This document shows, piece after piece, positions 24,251 through 33,680 of a DNA stretch of 41,731 bases. The notes under the pieces were generated by a model. It was not told where the DNA came from, did not search any database, and worked only from the letters and a program-made list of their open reading frames with translations. The position numbers were made by a program, and so were the translations under genes. Position 1 is the stretch's first letter. Each line of letters starts with the position of its first letter. Source of the stretch: Patescibacteria group bacterium (GTDB taxonomy: Bacteria; Patescibacteriota; JACMRA01); contig JBBSJV010000001.1 in the NCBI GenBank assembly GCA_038256935.1, positions 1 to 41,731 on the forward strand. Direction: 5' to 3'.

Positions 24251-24477
24251 TGTCTAATCCAAACATAAAATGTAGTAATTGTCGAGTCATTGCTCATAAT
24301 AAATTTAAATTTTGAAGAAATTTAATCTTCTAAGTAAGGTAAAGTTGGGCTTAAAATTTTAAACCTTGAAATAAGCATTATAATACTAAAAAACATTATT
24401 AAAATAGTATTTTAGAGTTTTGACATTTCCCAAAAAGTGTGATTCAAATCAATATAATATATTAATAAATCGATCCT

Positions 24478-25662
24478 ATGACTAGACAATCTGTAACCAA
24501 ATTTTTCAAAACCTACACCCCAGAAATTTTTAAAGGAAGCCTACTTGGACTTTTATTTTTGAGCCTTGTGTCTGTTTCAGTACCTGCTTTGCAGAGTCAA
24601 GGACTTGTAGCTGATGCTCGAATTCAAGAAACTGACTCGTTGATTATTTTTTCAAATACAAATGTCAATGACGGTTTTATTCGCACCAATTGCGTTGATG
24701 AGTTGGGTGCTACTTGCCGTAGTGGTCAGTATTATATCAGGCTTGGTAGTAATGGATTGGATCGCAGAACCAACATGAGCTATTCCAGAAATGATAATGA
24801 ATACAGAGCTAGGTTACCTCGTAATTTGGATTGTAATAGTAATTACGATTTACAATTTTATTCTCGCCAAGATGATAGATTGTTGCATAGTCAAAATTTT
24901 AACACTAGACAGTATTGCGATGAGGAATTTCGTATAGCAGGGCAAGTTGATAGTGTGGCTTACGATGAAAGTAATCTGATTATCACTGGAAGAGCAGTTA
25001 GTGATAGCAGAAGGGAAAATAGCAGTAGAAATAGATCAGTCAGTATTTCGTTTTATACAAGTCCAATTAATCAAGAGGGGTCCCGTAGAATCGGATCGGT
25101 AACTGCAAGAGCTGATAACGACGGGTATTTTAGTAGAAGATTTAGCTACAATGAGAGATTATTTGAAACTGGTAGAGTCTATGTATACGGTGAGGTTGAA
25201 GGCTTTACTTATGAATTAAATAATTCCCCTGTAGCTGTTTCAAGAGCCGAGTGGGACCGCCAAATCAGTATTAGAGAACAGGAGAGATTGGCTAGAAGAA
25301 CCACTAGAACTACTCCAGCACCTAGGGCTCCAACTAGAACTACCCCAACAAGGGTAGTAAACAGAACTCCAAATAATAGAACAATGGATCCTTATGATGA
25401 CTACAATAGTCCAATGCAGGTCTTGAGAAATCGCTACACAAGTGGGGTGGTCAGAATGCAATATACTGATAGTAATCAAAACTACATTACCCTTCGAGAT
25501 GATACTGATTTAGCCCGCGTCTTGCAAGATCACGCCAGAAATAATGGGGTAGGATTTGGATCACAGTCTCATATGGATATTCTTAGAAACCAAGGAGTGT
25601 TGGTTAAAAGAGGAAGCGATTGGTTCGTTAGTTTGAATACATTAGAAAGCAGAATAGACTAG
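24478..25662 (+). CDS. Secreted hypothetical protein with an Arg/Thr/Pro-rich linker
   Basis: Signal or TM segment near the N-terminus. RRTTRTTPAPRAPTRTTPTRVVNRTPNNR linker. No recognised family. Confidence 0.55.
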   Translation: MTRQSVTKFFKTYTPEIFKGSLLGLLFLSLVSVSVPALQSQGLVADARIQETDSLIIFSNTNVNDGFIRTNCVDELGATCRSGQYYIRLGSNGLDRRTNMSYSRNDNEYRARLPRNLDCNSNYDLQFYSRQDDRLLHSQNFNTRQYCDEEFRIAGQVDSVAYDESNLIITGRAVSDSRRENSSRNRSVSISFYTSPINQEGSRRIGSVTARADNDGYFSRRFSYNERLFETGRVYVYGEVEGFTYELNNSPVAVSRAEWDRQISIREQERLARRTTRTTPAPRAPTRTTPTRVVNRTPNNRTMDPYDDYNSPMQVLRNRYTSGVVRMQYTDSNQNYITLRDDTDLARVLQDHARNNGVGFGSQSHMDILRNQGVLVKRGSDWFVSLNTLESRID

Positions 25663-25680
25663 TTTAAAACCAATAATTTA

Positions 25681-26037
25681 TTGACAGCTCAAGTGATTAT
25701 GATTACCTTAGATGATATGTCTACAATTAATATAAAAACTAAAAATAACGATTTAATTGCCTCAGCAAACTTGGGTGAAGGAGTTATTAATTTTGAAGGA
25801 AATTACTATTTTGAACCTAGTAAAATTGATTTATCTCTACTTATAAGAAAAGAAAACCAGTACCACTGCCCGATAAAAAATGGAGATGCAGACTATTTTT
25901 ATTTGGAGGGTTCTACCCGTGAAATTGGTTGGGTGTATAACAAAGTAGAAAATGATTCCTTTAAAAACATTCAAGGTTGGATTGCTTTTTATGCTAGATC
26001 GAGTGAAGTGATAGAGGTGGAAATTATTGGTGTATAA
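25681..26037 (+). CDS. DUF427 domain protein (start may be the ATG at 25699)
   Basis: INFEGNYYFEP ... YHCPIKNGDADYFYL ... GWVY ... GWIAFY matches the DUF427 pattern. Confidence 0.65.
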   Translation: MTAQVIMITLDDMSTINIKTKNNDLIASANLGEGVINFEGNYYFEPSKIDLSLLIRKENQYHCPIKNGDADYFYLEGSTREIGWVYNKVENDSFKNIQGWIAFYARSSEVIEVEIIGV

Positions 26038-26047
26038 GAAAAAAGTA

Positions 26048-26121
26048 GGGGTATGCTTTAGCTTCCCGTTTTAGGAAGTCTGAGAAGCACTAGGGGATTT
26101 CTCAGTACCTTCGAAATGACA
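26048..26121. repeat. Repeat cluster: a GGGGTATGC..CTTCCC unit, a long imperfect hairpin, and a GGGGAT-stem-loop-ATGACA element
   Basis: GGGGATTTCTCAGTACCTTCGAAATGACA (26093-26121) is the reverse-orientation homolog of 5068-5095. GAAGTCTGAGAAG pairs imperfectly with TTCTCAGTACCTTC. Confidence 0.7.
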
Positions 26122-26171
26122 CACTATTTTGTAAAACAAGTAATTAATTCAACCAAAGATTTACAATCATT

Positions 26172-27338
26172 CTACTCAAACTGACTAATAGCTTTGTCTA
26201 GTTTTTGGAAAAATACTTTTGCTGAAAATAATTTTGACTGCTTTACACAATCTTCTTTCATGGATTTTACAAGGTCCTGATCCAAGTGCTTGATAGCTGC
26301 TGATAGGTCTTTGACTGTGGGGTTTGCTGGTAGCATCAAGCCGTTTTTCCCAGCCACTATTGTCTCCAATAATCCACCTTCCCGCACCCCAATTACTGGT
26401 TTTCCAGCTGCCATAAGTTCTAGTTGAGTCATACCAGCGTCCTCGTTTTCAGGGACATATATTCCAGCAAAACAGTTACCTACAAGGTCTGCTAATTTCT
26501 CATCACTGACTCTACCCAAAAATTGGATATTAGTTAGATTATTATCTTTTATAAAGTCTTTGACATAACCTTCTAATGGTCCTCCACTACAAATTACTAG
26601 CTTTTTATCGGGGTTTAATTTGAAAGCCTCCATGATCAAAGCAATTCTTTTGATATGCTCAAGCCTTGCGTAGCTAAGGTAGTAATCTCCATCAGAAATA
26701 TATTTAAATCGATTGATATTTACAGGAGGGAAAATGGCTTCATCGGCTGTGATGTTAGTGTATTCCAAAACTCGTTGCATGATGTTTTCTGAATTAGTAA
26801 TTTTGTAATCCATTACCTCGTATGCCTTTATCCATTGATTGAGTATCCAAGTGGCAAAGAAATTAAAAAATGGTCTTAAAATTGGGTTAAACTTGGCTGC
26901 AACCTTCTTTTTTTGATCAGTAGCGTATCTTGGTGGGCAATTACAATACCCGATAGTGTTTACTTTTTTATCTAGTCTTTGAGGTAGAAAATAAATATTT
27001 CCAAAATTAAAAATCACTAAATCGTAGTTATTGAGACCCTTTACTTTTGGGTTAAACTTTAGGTTCCATATTCTTTTAAAAACCCTCCAAACTGGTATTC
27101 TACTCTCTTCATGAAGATAATATACTTCACCCTCTGTCTCAAAAAGCTCTTTAGCAAAAGGGTTATTGTCATCACCACCATACCAAGTTTTGACATCCAT
27201 ACCACCAACCCAAAAATCACAACCAAGATGTTTTTTGATATCAATCATCATCCTTTCTGACCCCCCAATAGCACTTCCCATTAGGTAAAATTGAAAGATG
27301 GCTATTTTAAGTTTTGGTTTAATTGTTTTGGCTTTCAT
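26172..27338 (-). CDS. Glycosyltransferase family 4 (GT-B)
   Basis: C-terminal EDAGMTQLELMAAGKPVIGVREGGLLETI (E-x7-E type motif). Confidence 0.85.
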   Translation of the reverse strand: MKAKTIKPKLKIAIFQFYLMGSAIGGSERMMIDIKKHLGCDFWVGGMDVKTWYGGDDNNPFAKELFETEGEVYYLHEESRIPVWRVFKRIWNLKFNPKVKGLNNYDLVIFNFGNIYFLPQRLDKKVNTIGYCNCPPRYATDQKKKVAAKFNPILRPFFNFFATWILNQWIKAYEVMDYKITNSENIMQRVLEYTNITADEAIFPPVNINRFKYISDGDYYLSYARLEHIKRIALIMEAFKLNPDKKLVICSGGPLEGYVKDFIKDNNLTNIQFLGRVSDEKLADLVGNCFAGIYVPENEDAGMTQLELMAAGKPVIGVREGGLLETIVAGKNGLMLPANPTVKDLSAAIKHLDQDLVKSMKEDCVKQSKLFSAKVFFQKLDKAISQFE

Positions 27339-28594
27339 AAATTAGTAGTTACTTTTATGATCGCTTCGTAAATATCAGTAGCGACTTTTCCCCATCTAAA
27401 ATCCAAGCTTCTCTGGTAGGCTTTGTGCTGGTAACTTGATATTTTTTCAGAGTCTTTTTGGTTAGTTATCTCGATCATCGATTCAAGAATTTGATCTTTG
27501 CTGTTTGGGTCAAAATATATAACAGAGTCGCCGTGCATAACGGATCTAAAAATTTGTATATCACTACAGATTAATGGACATCCTCTGCTTGCAGCTTCGA
27601 TAAGTGTCAGGCCAAAACCTTCACTAAAACTTGGTTGAATCAAAAACTTGGCTTCATCTAAAAGTTTGCAAATATCAGAATCAGGTAATAACTCTAGCCA
27701 CAAAATAGTTCCCTTTTTGGATAGCTTGTGGTTTTGTAAAGTGTCAATTTCATCTTTATTTAAAGGGTCTTTTTTACCGCAAATTAACAATTGAAAATCT
27801 GGATTGTTTTTTGAAAATTCGCTAAAGGCCTCGACTGTTTTAGTAAGGTTTTTGTGACTTTTCCAAACCGATACAAACATTCCATAATCACCTTTGATAC
27901 CAATGGATTTTCGCCAGTTGTCAGCTTCTTTAATGTCTTTAGAACTAGCTTGATTAAGCTCAGTCGTTAGGTCAAACCTTTCAGGATTAGTTTGAGGCAG
28001 TTGCAAATAATCTGTACTTACTCCAGCTTGCAAAACTGTATTTGGTTTAAATTTAGAAGAGTTAGAATCAGTAAAGTTATTATTTGTAAAAAATCCTGCC
28101 TCACCCTTAGCTTGGTCCCCCAAAAACAAAACATGTTTTGATCTGGATACCCCCCTTCTTATAATTTCTAAGAATATTCTAGATTTTAGTTTGTAAGAAA
28201 GTGATCTCTTCTTTTTAGCTTGGTGCTGGTGGGTAAAATCAAAGACCTGGTAGATAAAGGGCCCTTTGTAAAGTAGTGGGTAATTGGCTGTAAAAAAATA
28301 CATCAGATCTAGTTTGTAAGAATTCACAAGTTTTAAAAACTCAGTTTGCTCTTTGAGATTGTAATAGCCAGTACCGCTATAAACGATTTCAAATTTATCA
28401 CTCAAACGGGAAAAATCAGTTAAAGTTATATCTAAATCTTTAGCTTGATTGCTCTGATCCATAAATAGAACAACCTTAGAGACTTTTTCATCCTTATCTA
28501 AAAGATTGATTAGCTCTGGCCAAATACCTGCAATATAATTTGCTAGACCAAAAGGCTCAGGTCTATAAAATTTAAAATCTATACCAAGTTTCAT
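27335..28594 (-). CDS. Glycosyltransferase family 4 (GT-B)
   Basis: PSFSEGFGLTLIEAASRGCPLICSDIQIFRSVM. ATGA overlap with the downstream glycosyltransferase gene. Confidence 0.85.
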   Translation of the reverse strand: MKLGIDFKFYRPEPFGLANYIAGIWPELINLLDKDEKVSKVVLFMDQSNQAKDLDITLTDFSRLSDKFEIVYSGTGYYNLKEQTEFLKLVNSYKLDLMYFFTANYPLLYKGPFIYQVFDFTHQHQAKKKRSLSYKLKSRIFLEIIRRGVSRSKHVLFLGDQAKGEAGFFTNNNFTDSNSSKFKPNTVLQAGVSTDYLQLPQTNPERFDLTTELNQASSKDIKEADNWRKSIGIKGDYGMFVSVWKSHKNLTKTVEAFSEFSKNNPDFQLLICGKKDPLNKDEIDTLQNHKLSKKGTILWLELLPDSDICKLLDEAKFLIQPSFSEGFGLTLIEAASRGCPLICSDIQIFRSVMHGDSVIYFDPNSKDQILESMIEITNQKDSEKISSYQHKAYQRSLDFRWGKVATDIYEAIIKVTTNL

Positions 28595-28597
28595 AAT

Positions 28598-30064
28598 TTA
28601 TTGCTCGTCAGTTTTTGGTTTACCTTGACCTGCATCTTTAGCTGAAGGAGGGACTTGAAAACCACCTTGAAAACTTTGGGGTTTGTTAAAACTAATACTA
28701 TCTACCTTGGTCACGCCATTACTAGAAATCACTGTAGAGTTATACTTTGGACCTTCATTAAATTCACTATTAGTATTTTGAGTGTTAAATATCGGGTTAC
28801 TATCAGAATTTTCAAAGGTGGGGCTATTTCCTGAGACAGAATTATTAAAGACAGGATTTGGCTGAGGTTGTGGTGGGGTTACTGTTTGCTGATTTAAAGT
28901 GTTTTTGAACTCTGCATCGAAGGTTGGAGTAGGGATTTGTTTAGGTTTTTCGTTTTCAAATTTTTTGAGTAATTGATTTTTTTCATCGGCATTTACAAAG
29001 AATCCACTCACCTCACAATATTGCAAAACAAAGTTTAATGTAATCATCCCAACAGCTAGCCAAAAAGCATAAGAGACGATATTAAATGCAAATTTCACAG
29101 CTTCAAAAGAGATGATTTGAGTCAGTTGATTGACCTGAAGTCCTGGTAAAAATAGCTCTTGCAAGTAACTAGTAAAATACACACTACCACCGATTGTTAG
29201 AATCACAGCAGCGCTTAAACTAAAGATTCCAAGAGAGGTGTAAAACAATGTTCTTCTAAGTTCAGAAAGTACTTTGCGATTGGCAAATCGAGCCATTAGT
29301 AATTGTAATACAAGGGCAATAATAAGTCCTATTAAAACAAATGGAATGGCTTGTTTAACAGAAATAAATAGATCTCTTGCTTGATTTAAAAGTCCTATTA
29401 ATCCATCGGAGTATCTAGGTAGTTCCGTTGGTTTATAACTATTTGAAAAAGCGTTAAATGGACTATTTCGGATCAAATTTGAGAAAAATTCTCCAGTTTC
29501 CACAGCTTGGTCATTGATTTCCAAAAACTCTGTCAGGCTCTGCTCACCGTTTTTTACGCTTTCTGGAAGACATACTTCACTATTTAAGGCAAAACCTTCT
29601 CTTTGTATGGTATCAATTTGACCCTGAGTACAGGTCTCGATATTAATTTCAGAATTGTTATTAATTTCTTGGACTTGATTGTCCAATTGCCTGGATGCCG
29701 CAAGCTCAATGTCTTTGGAAGGTAAATACAGCACTAGTTCGCTGTTTTCACCGTCTAACCAGTCGGTTGTGTTATCGATATTTTGCTCAAATAGATTTCG
29801 CAGCCAACCTGGAGAAGCCACATCTTGCAGGACAGAAGCGTATAAAATACTGCCAAAACTGACTTGCCCTTCTTGGTCTTTGACCTCAGCTTGTTGCAAC
29901 TGAGAAGAAAGTTTGTTATAAAAATCAGAATTGGATAAAGTTTCTTTGTGTAGCTGGCTATTTGGTAGGTTGATGAAAATACTAACCAGAACTAAAAGGA
30001 CGGGAGCAACCCAGATTAATAATCTTGAAATCAATCTTTGAATCGGTTTTAAAAGCTTAGACAT
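28598..30064 (-). CDS. Large polytopic membrane protein with an Asn/Pro/Gln-rich C-terminal tail (start moved to the ATG at 30064)
   Basis: N-terminal TM segment, a roughly 200-aa loop, four to five TM segments, then a disordered tail. The stop is 3 nt from the glycosyltransferase start. Confidence 0.6.
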   Translation of the reverse strand: MSKLLKPIQRLISRLLIWVAPVLLVLVSIFINLPNSQLHKETLSNSDFYNKLSSQLQQAEVKDQEGQVSFGSILYASVLQDVASPGWLRNLFEQNIDNTTDWLDGENSELVLYLPSKDIELAASRQLDNQVQEINNNSEINIETCTQGQIDTIQREGFALNSEVCLPESVKNGEQSLTEFLEINDQAVETGEFFSNLIRNSPFNAFSNSYKPTELPRYSDGLIGLLNQARDLFISVKQAIPFVLIGLIIALVLQLLMARFANRKVLSELRRTLFYTSLGIFSLSAAVILTIGGSVYFTSYLQELFLPGLQVNQLTQIISFEAVKFAFNIVSYAFWLAVGMITLNFVLQYCEVSGFFVNADEKNQLLKKFENEKPKQIPTPTFDAEFKNTLNQQTVTPPQPQPNPVFNNSVSGNSPTFENSDSNPIFNTQNTNSEFNEGPKYNSTVISSNGVTKVDSISFNKPQSFQGGFQVPPSAKDAGQGKPKTDEQ

Positions 30065-30113
30065 GAGACAATATAAATACTTACAGGATACAAACATGTA
30101 GTCAATACAGTAC

Positions 30114-30662
30114 TTAGCTTAATTTTTTTAGCCCCTTTACAAGCCAATAAAGATAAATTCCAAGACATACTACGGCTATACAGTAACTAACAAAAACCAA
30201 ATTATAGCCAAGAACAGGTGAGCCAAAAAGAGTGGTAGATTTCCAAGTAGTTAAATTTGTATATTGACTTGCTAGCCAGTTTTGTAAGTGGATCAAAATA
30301 CAACCATTTGTTAGAATTTGAGTAGCAAAAAAGAGGATTAATACAGAGCAAGAAATGAGTGAAATAATGTATTGGGTTTTTTCAGTTTTCCCATCGGCTT
30401 CAAAGTATTTATTATACCCCACAAGTACTATTTCTAAAAACAAAATGGGAAGAATAAGATAAATAGTTATTACAATAATAGTTTGTATATCAGATACAGC
30501 ATTAAATCTAATTACAATCAAAGCCTGCAAAAATACCCATACAATAGTTACCAGAAACCTGATTATTTTGGGAGTATGAAACAATAAACTGTACACCAGA
30601 ACTGGTAATAAAAACTGTAGATAATTATGAAGTTCATCTACAAATAATAAAAACGAGTACAT
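30114..30662 (-). CDS. Multi-pass membrane protein with a TNGCILIHLQNW motif (DUF2784-like?)
   Basis: Five to six hydrophobic helices and the shared G-C-x-L-I motif. Confidence 0.55.
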   Translation of the reverse strand: MYSFLLFVDELHNYLQFLLPVLVYSLLFHTPKIIRFLVTIVWVFLQALIVIRFNAVSDIQTIIVITIYLILPILFLEIVLVGYNKYFEADGKTEKTQYIISLISCSVLILFFATQILTNGCILIHLQNWLASQYTNLTTWKSTTLFGSPVLGYNLVFVSYCIAVVCLGIYLYWLVKGLKKLS

Positions 30663-30667
30663 ACCAA

Positions 30668-31339
30668 TTAACTAGTTTGCTGGAAGTAACAAAGTCCCGC
30701 TAGCCAGCTGGGATAAACTATATCGCCAAGAGAATAAAACTGCAAATTTACTTCTTTAAATTCAGCTATTTCAAAGTCACTAAATCCTCCTTCAGGGCCA
30801 ACTAAAACTGCTTGGTTTTGGATTTTATTTTGACTTAATTTTGTTTCTTTTGAAGCTTCAGCCTCTAAAACCAGTGGAGTATTGGCAGCTAATAATCTAT
30901 GCAGGTCCTCAGAATTTGCAATCATTTTGAGCTTTGGTAAAAACACATTTTCAGATTGTTCGCAGCTGCGGATTAAGATTTTTTGAAGTCTTTCAAAGTT
31001 GATATTTTGCTTTAGAGATCTGTGAGAATGGTACAAGTATATTTCAGAAATTTGACTGTGTGGTAGGATCTCAAATAGTTTTTCAAGATATAGTTTTTCA
31101 GGAATGGCTTGAATCAGCATGCGATTTTTGGAAGTCTCGTGAGTTACAATATCTCCAAGCCAAGTCAAATCCACTGTCTTGGTTTTTTTATCAAGTTTGT
31201 AAATTTTAGCAGGTCTGATGTTTCCATTGAGATCAGTGAAAGTAAAGACTTGTTCCAATTGCGGCCTGAGGCTAAACAAATGAGGACAGTCTTTTTCTCG
31301 AAGACTTGAGATTTTAAGTGAGGGAAGGTAGATGTACAT
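30668..31339 (-). CDS. rsmE: 16S rRNA (uracil1498-N3)-methyltransferase RsmE
   Basis: IRSCEQSENVFLPKL and LVGPEGGFSDFEI (the RsmE SPOUT motifs). Confidence 0.8.
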   Translation of the reverse strand: MYIYLPSLKISSLREKDCPHLFSLRPQLEQVFTFTDLNGNIRPAKIYKLDKKTKTVDLTWLGDIVTHETSKNRMLIQAIPEKLYLEKLFEILPHSQISEIYLYHSHRSLKQNINFERLQKILIRSCEQSENVFLPKLKMIANSEDLHRLLAANTPLVLEAEASKETKLSQNKIQNQAVLVGPEGGFSDFEIAEFKEVNLQFYSLGDIVYPSWLAGLCYFQQTS

Positions 31340-31787
31340 GATTGGAGGGTGGGAAGCTTTGAAAGTTTTGTCTAGACGGGTTTTTAGTAATTTTAATTAA
31401 AAATATTGCATGAAATTAAAAACTGTGCTAAGCTAAAGCAATTATAAGAGAAGTTGATGTTATTGGTTTGGCTGCAGGTGCCATCACCTTTAGTATATTG
31501 GCAGGAAATGTAGATCCTGCACAACTTGGAGCTGGTGCAGCCGGTGGATCAGGTGTCCCTCAAGCAATAAAAACGGCAACTAGAAGAACTGAATTGGATA
31601 TCGCGGATTTAGAAAATCCGAATACTAAGTAGTAAGTTTTAGAATATTATCACCCAACCGCATTAAATACTTAAAGGACTTGATTTCTTGTTTATTGTGT
31701 AGTGAGACTGTAAATTTAAATACTAATGACATTATATAGCCTATGAACAGTCTTAAATCTTCATAAAATTTTATTTCTAAACCTTAA

Positions 31788-32282
31788 CTAATTCCAAAGC
31801 CAAACAAATAACCCTAGTGTAGAAGCAAGTGATAGCCAAGGAAGTAGAGTGATATAGGTAAGATCGATTCTTGCTGGAAGCTTTCTTGCAACAATTATGC
31901 TGGCAATTGTGATAAGTAGCATACTAAAGGTTGGGACAAAGAACATGATGGGGGCTTCTAAGCCAAAAGCTAGAGGAGTGAAGATTAGATAATTGACCCA
32001 AAGTAGGATTTGCAAAAAAATATAAGTTTTTTTGAGTTTACTTTTTGGCAAAGTGAGTGCAAATATATTACCATAGATTACAAGTATATTATTAATCAAC
32101 CAAACGGGACCAAAAACCCAACCTGGTGGGGAAAACCATGGCTTAGTCAGAGTATCATAAAAACTAGTATCAATGGGGGAGATATTCAAAGTGATCAAAT
32201 TCATGACAATTAGAAAAATCAACCCATAAAGAAACCAAGTTTTAGGGATTCTTTTAAAATTTAAAATGCTGTACTCATTCAT
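31788..32282 (-). CDS. tspO: TspO/MBR tryptophan-rich sensory protein
   Basis: KPWFSPPGWVFGPVWLINNILVIYG, five TM helices, and a Trp-rich C-terminus. Confidence 0.85.
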   Translation of the reverse strand: MNEYSILNFKRIPKTWFLYGLIFLIVMNLITLNISPIDTSFYDTLTKPWFSPPGWVFGPVWLINNILVIYGNIFALTLPKSKLKKTYIFLQILLWVNYLIFTPLAFGLEAPIMFFVPTFSMLLITIASIIVARKLPARIDLTYITLLPWLSLASTLGLFVWLWN

Positions 32283-32303
32283 AGGTCAAACCAGCCTTGG
32301 TAA

Positions 32304-33641
32304 CTAATTTGAATCTGTAAAGAAAGAAATCAAAAACCTCCAAAATTGATCTTCATAAAGGCCTTGAGAAGAAGCGGGAATGCTTGTAAAATTATTTTTC
32401 GGGTAATACACACTTATGCCAGAGCTAAAATTAAGGACAGGTCCAGGCTGACTTGATGTAATAGCTTCATTGAGATTAATAATAAGATATTTATCACCTG
32501 TAACTTGTGTATCAATTAGGCTTAATTTGAGCCTATCCAGATCGCTTGAATTAGTCAGATCAAATCTACCTAATAGTAGTTGACTGGTGTTTAAATGAAA
32601 AGTGTCATTGAAGCCAAATTTGTGGCTCAGTAGGCCTTCTTGTAGCCATTTTGGGTATTGATCTAGCCCAGTAGTATCGATATTTAACTGTATATTACTG
32701 GCTTCAAATATTTCTGATTTAAACAAGCTTGGTAGATCAAATTGTTTATCTGAGTTGGTAGCAAAAAAAAAGGTGTGCAAACCAAAAACCTCATCAATTT
32801 CTAGCAGTAATGGGTATAGATTAAGCAGCTTTGGTTGATTGTAATTTACAAATAATACTTCATCATTAAGCTCAATTCTATGCTCTGGATTGTCGGTTGG
32901 AAAGATAGTGTTTGTACTTTGGCTACTGATAATCAGCTCCAATAATTTACTAATTTCTTGAGTGGATTGTAAGGACTGCCAAAAACTAGGTTTGTAGCAA
33001 TCGAGGCTAAGGTAATAATGAGTGCCGTAGTGGATTTTGAGATATTCATCGATAGATAAATACTGCTCATTTTCACTAGCTAGTGTTGGTTCATACATCA
33101 GTCTTGGAAGTAAGCTAAAGTATTGGCTTTTGGTATCAGTAATGGTTGCAATATCAGAAACCGAACCAAGTACGACTTTGGATAAAATGTTATCGTCTTT
33201 TTGGCTTAATTTAGTTTGCAAGCTATTCCAGCAGGAAAGTGCATCGACTGTGGTAGTAAATAAATGCAGGACGACTTTTTCAAAATCTTGATTGGATAAA
33301 CTATCAAGCAGGGCAAAATTTTCGTATTCGCAGTCTATTCCAAGATTCATTATAAGGTGTAAGACTTTGTCTTGGCTGTAGCGGTGGTATTTGTAAGTAG
33401 AGTTACCAGCGTAATCCTTTTCAACCATCTCCAATTCCCCCTCTTGTTGCCACCTGTTTGCTAAAAACTTGGACACAGAAAATTGGCTATCAACTACTCT
33501 CAAGTTTTCTAAAAATATATCAAAACTCTGGTCTTGAGTAATCAGATCTAATTTTAAATGGTCTTGCAGTGACAGAGTAGGGTTAGAGATTATATCTAGT
33601 CCAGTGTCATCAGATGTTACCCACAGATGAAGCTTGTGCAT
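32304..33641 (-). CDS. Hypothetical soluble protein (445 aa)
   Basis: Long ORF between the murD-like gene and tspO on the same strand. No TM segment and no recognised motif. Confidence 0.55.
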   Translation of the reverse strand: MHKLHLWVTSDDTGLDIISNPTLSLQDHLKLDLITQDQSFDIFLENLRVVDSQFSVSKFLANRWQQEGELEMVEKDYAGNSTYKYHRYSQDKVLHLIMNLGIDCEYENFALLDSLSNQDFEKVVLHLFTTTVDALSCWNSLQTKLSQKDDNILSKVVLGSVSDIATITDTKSQYFSLLPRLMYEPTLASENEQYLSIDEYLKIHYGTHYYLSLDCYKPSFWQSLQSTQEISKLLELIISSQSTNTIFPTDNPEHRIELNDEVLFVNYNQPKLLNLYPLLLEIDEVFGLHTFFFATNSDKQFDLPSLFKSEIFEASNIQLNIDTTGLDQYPKWLQEGLLSHKFGFNDTFHLNTSQLLLGRFDLTNSSDLDRLKLSLIDTQVTGDKYLIINLNEAITSSQPGPVLNFSSGISVYYPKNNFTSIPASSQGLYEDQFWRFLISFFTDSN

Positions 33642-33680
33642 GTATTAATTATACTCTACAAACATAGATTTGGCTAGTCC

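Noticed and set aside
24251-24477. A LexA/SOS operator upstream of umuD.
   Set aside because: Only short generic AT-rich palindromes are present, and none matches a known LexA box class. I did not annotate a regulatory feature here.
25240-25479. 79-aa minus-strand ORF.
   Set aside because: It is antisense to the Arg/Thr/Pro-rich linker of 24478..25662.
27059-27244. 61-aa minus-strand ORF.
   Set aside because: It is an alternative frame inside the GT4 gene 26172..27338.
29679-29903. 74-aa plus-strand ORF.
   Set aside because: It lies antisense within the membrane-protein gene 28598..30064.
31109-31309. 66-aa plus-strand ORF.
   Set aside because: It lies antisense within rsmE.
32010-32213. 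67-aa plus-strand ORF.
   Set aside because: It lies antisense within tspO.
33037-33291. 84-aa plus-strand ORF.
   Set aside because: It lies antisense within 32304..33641.
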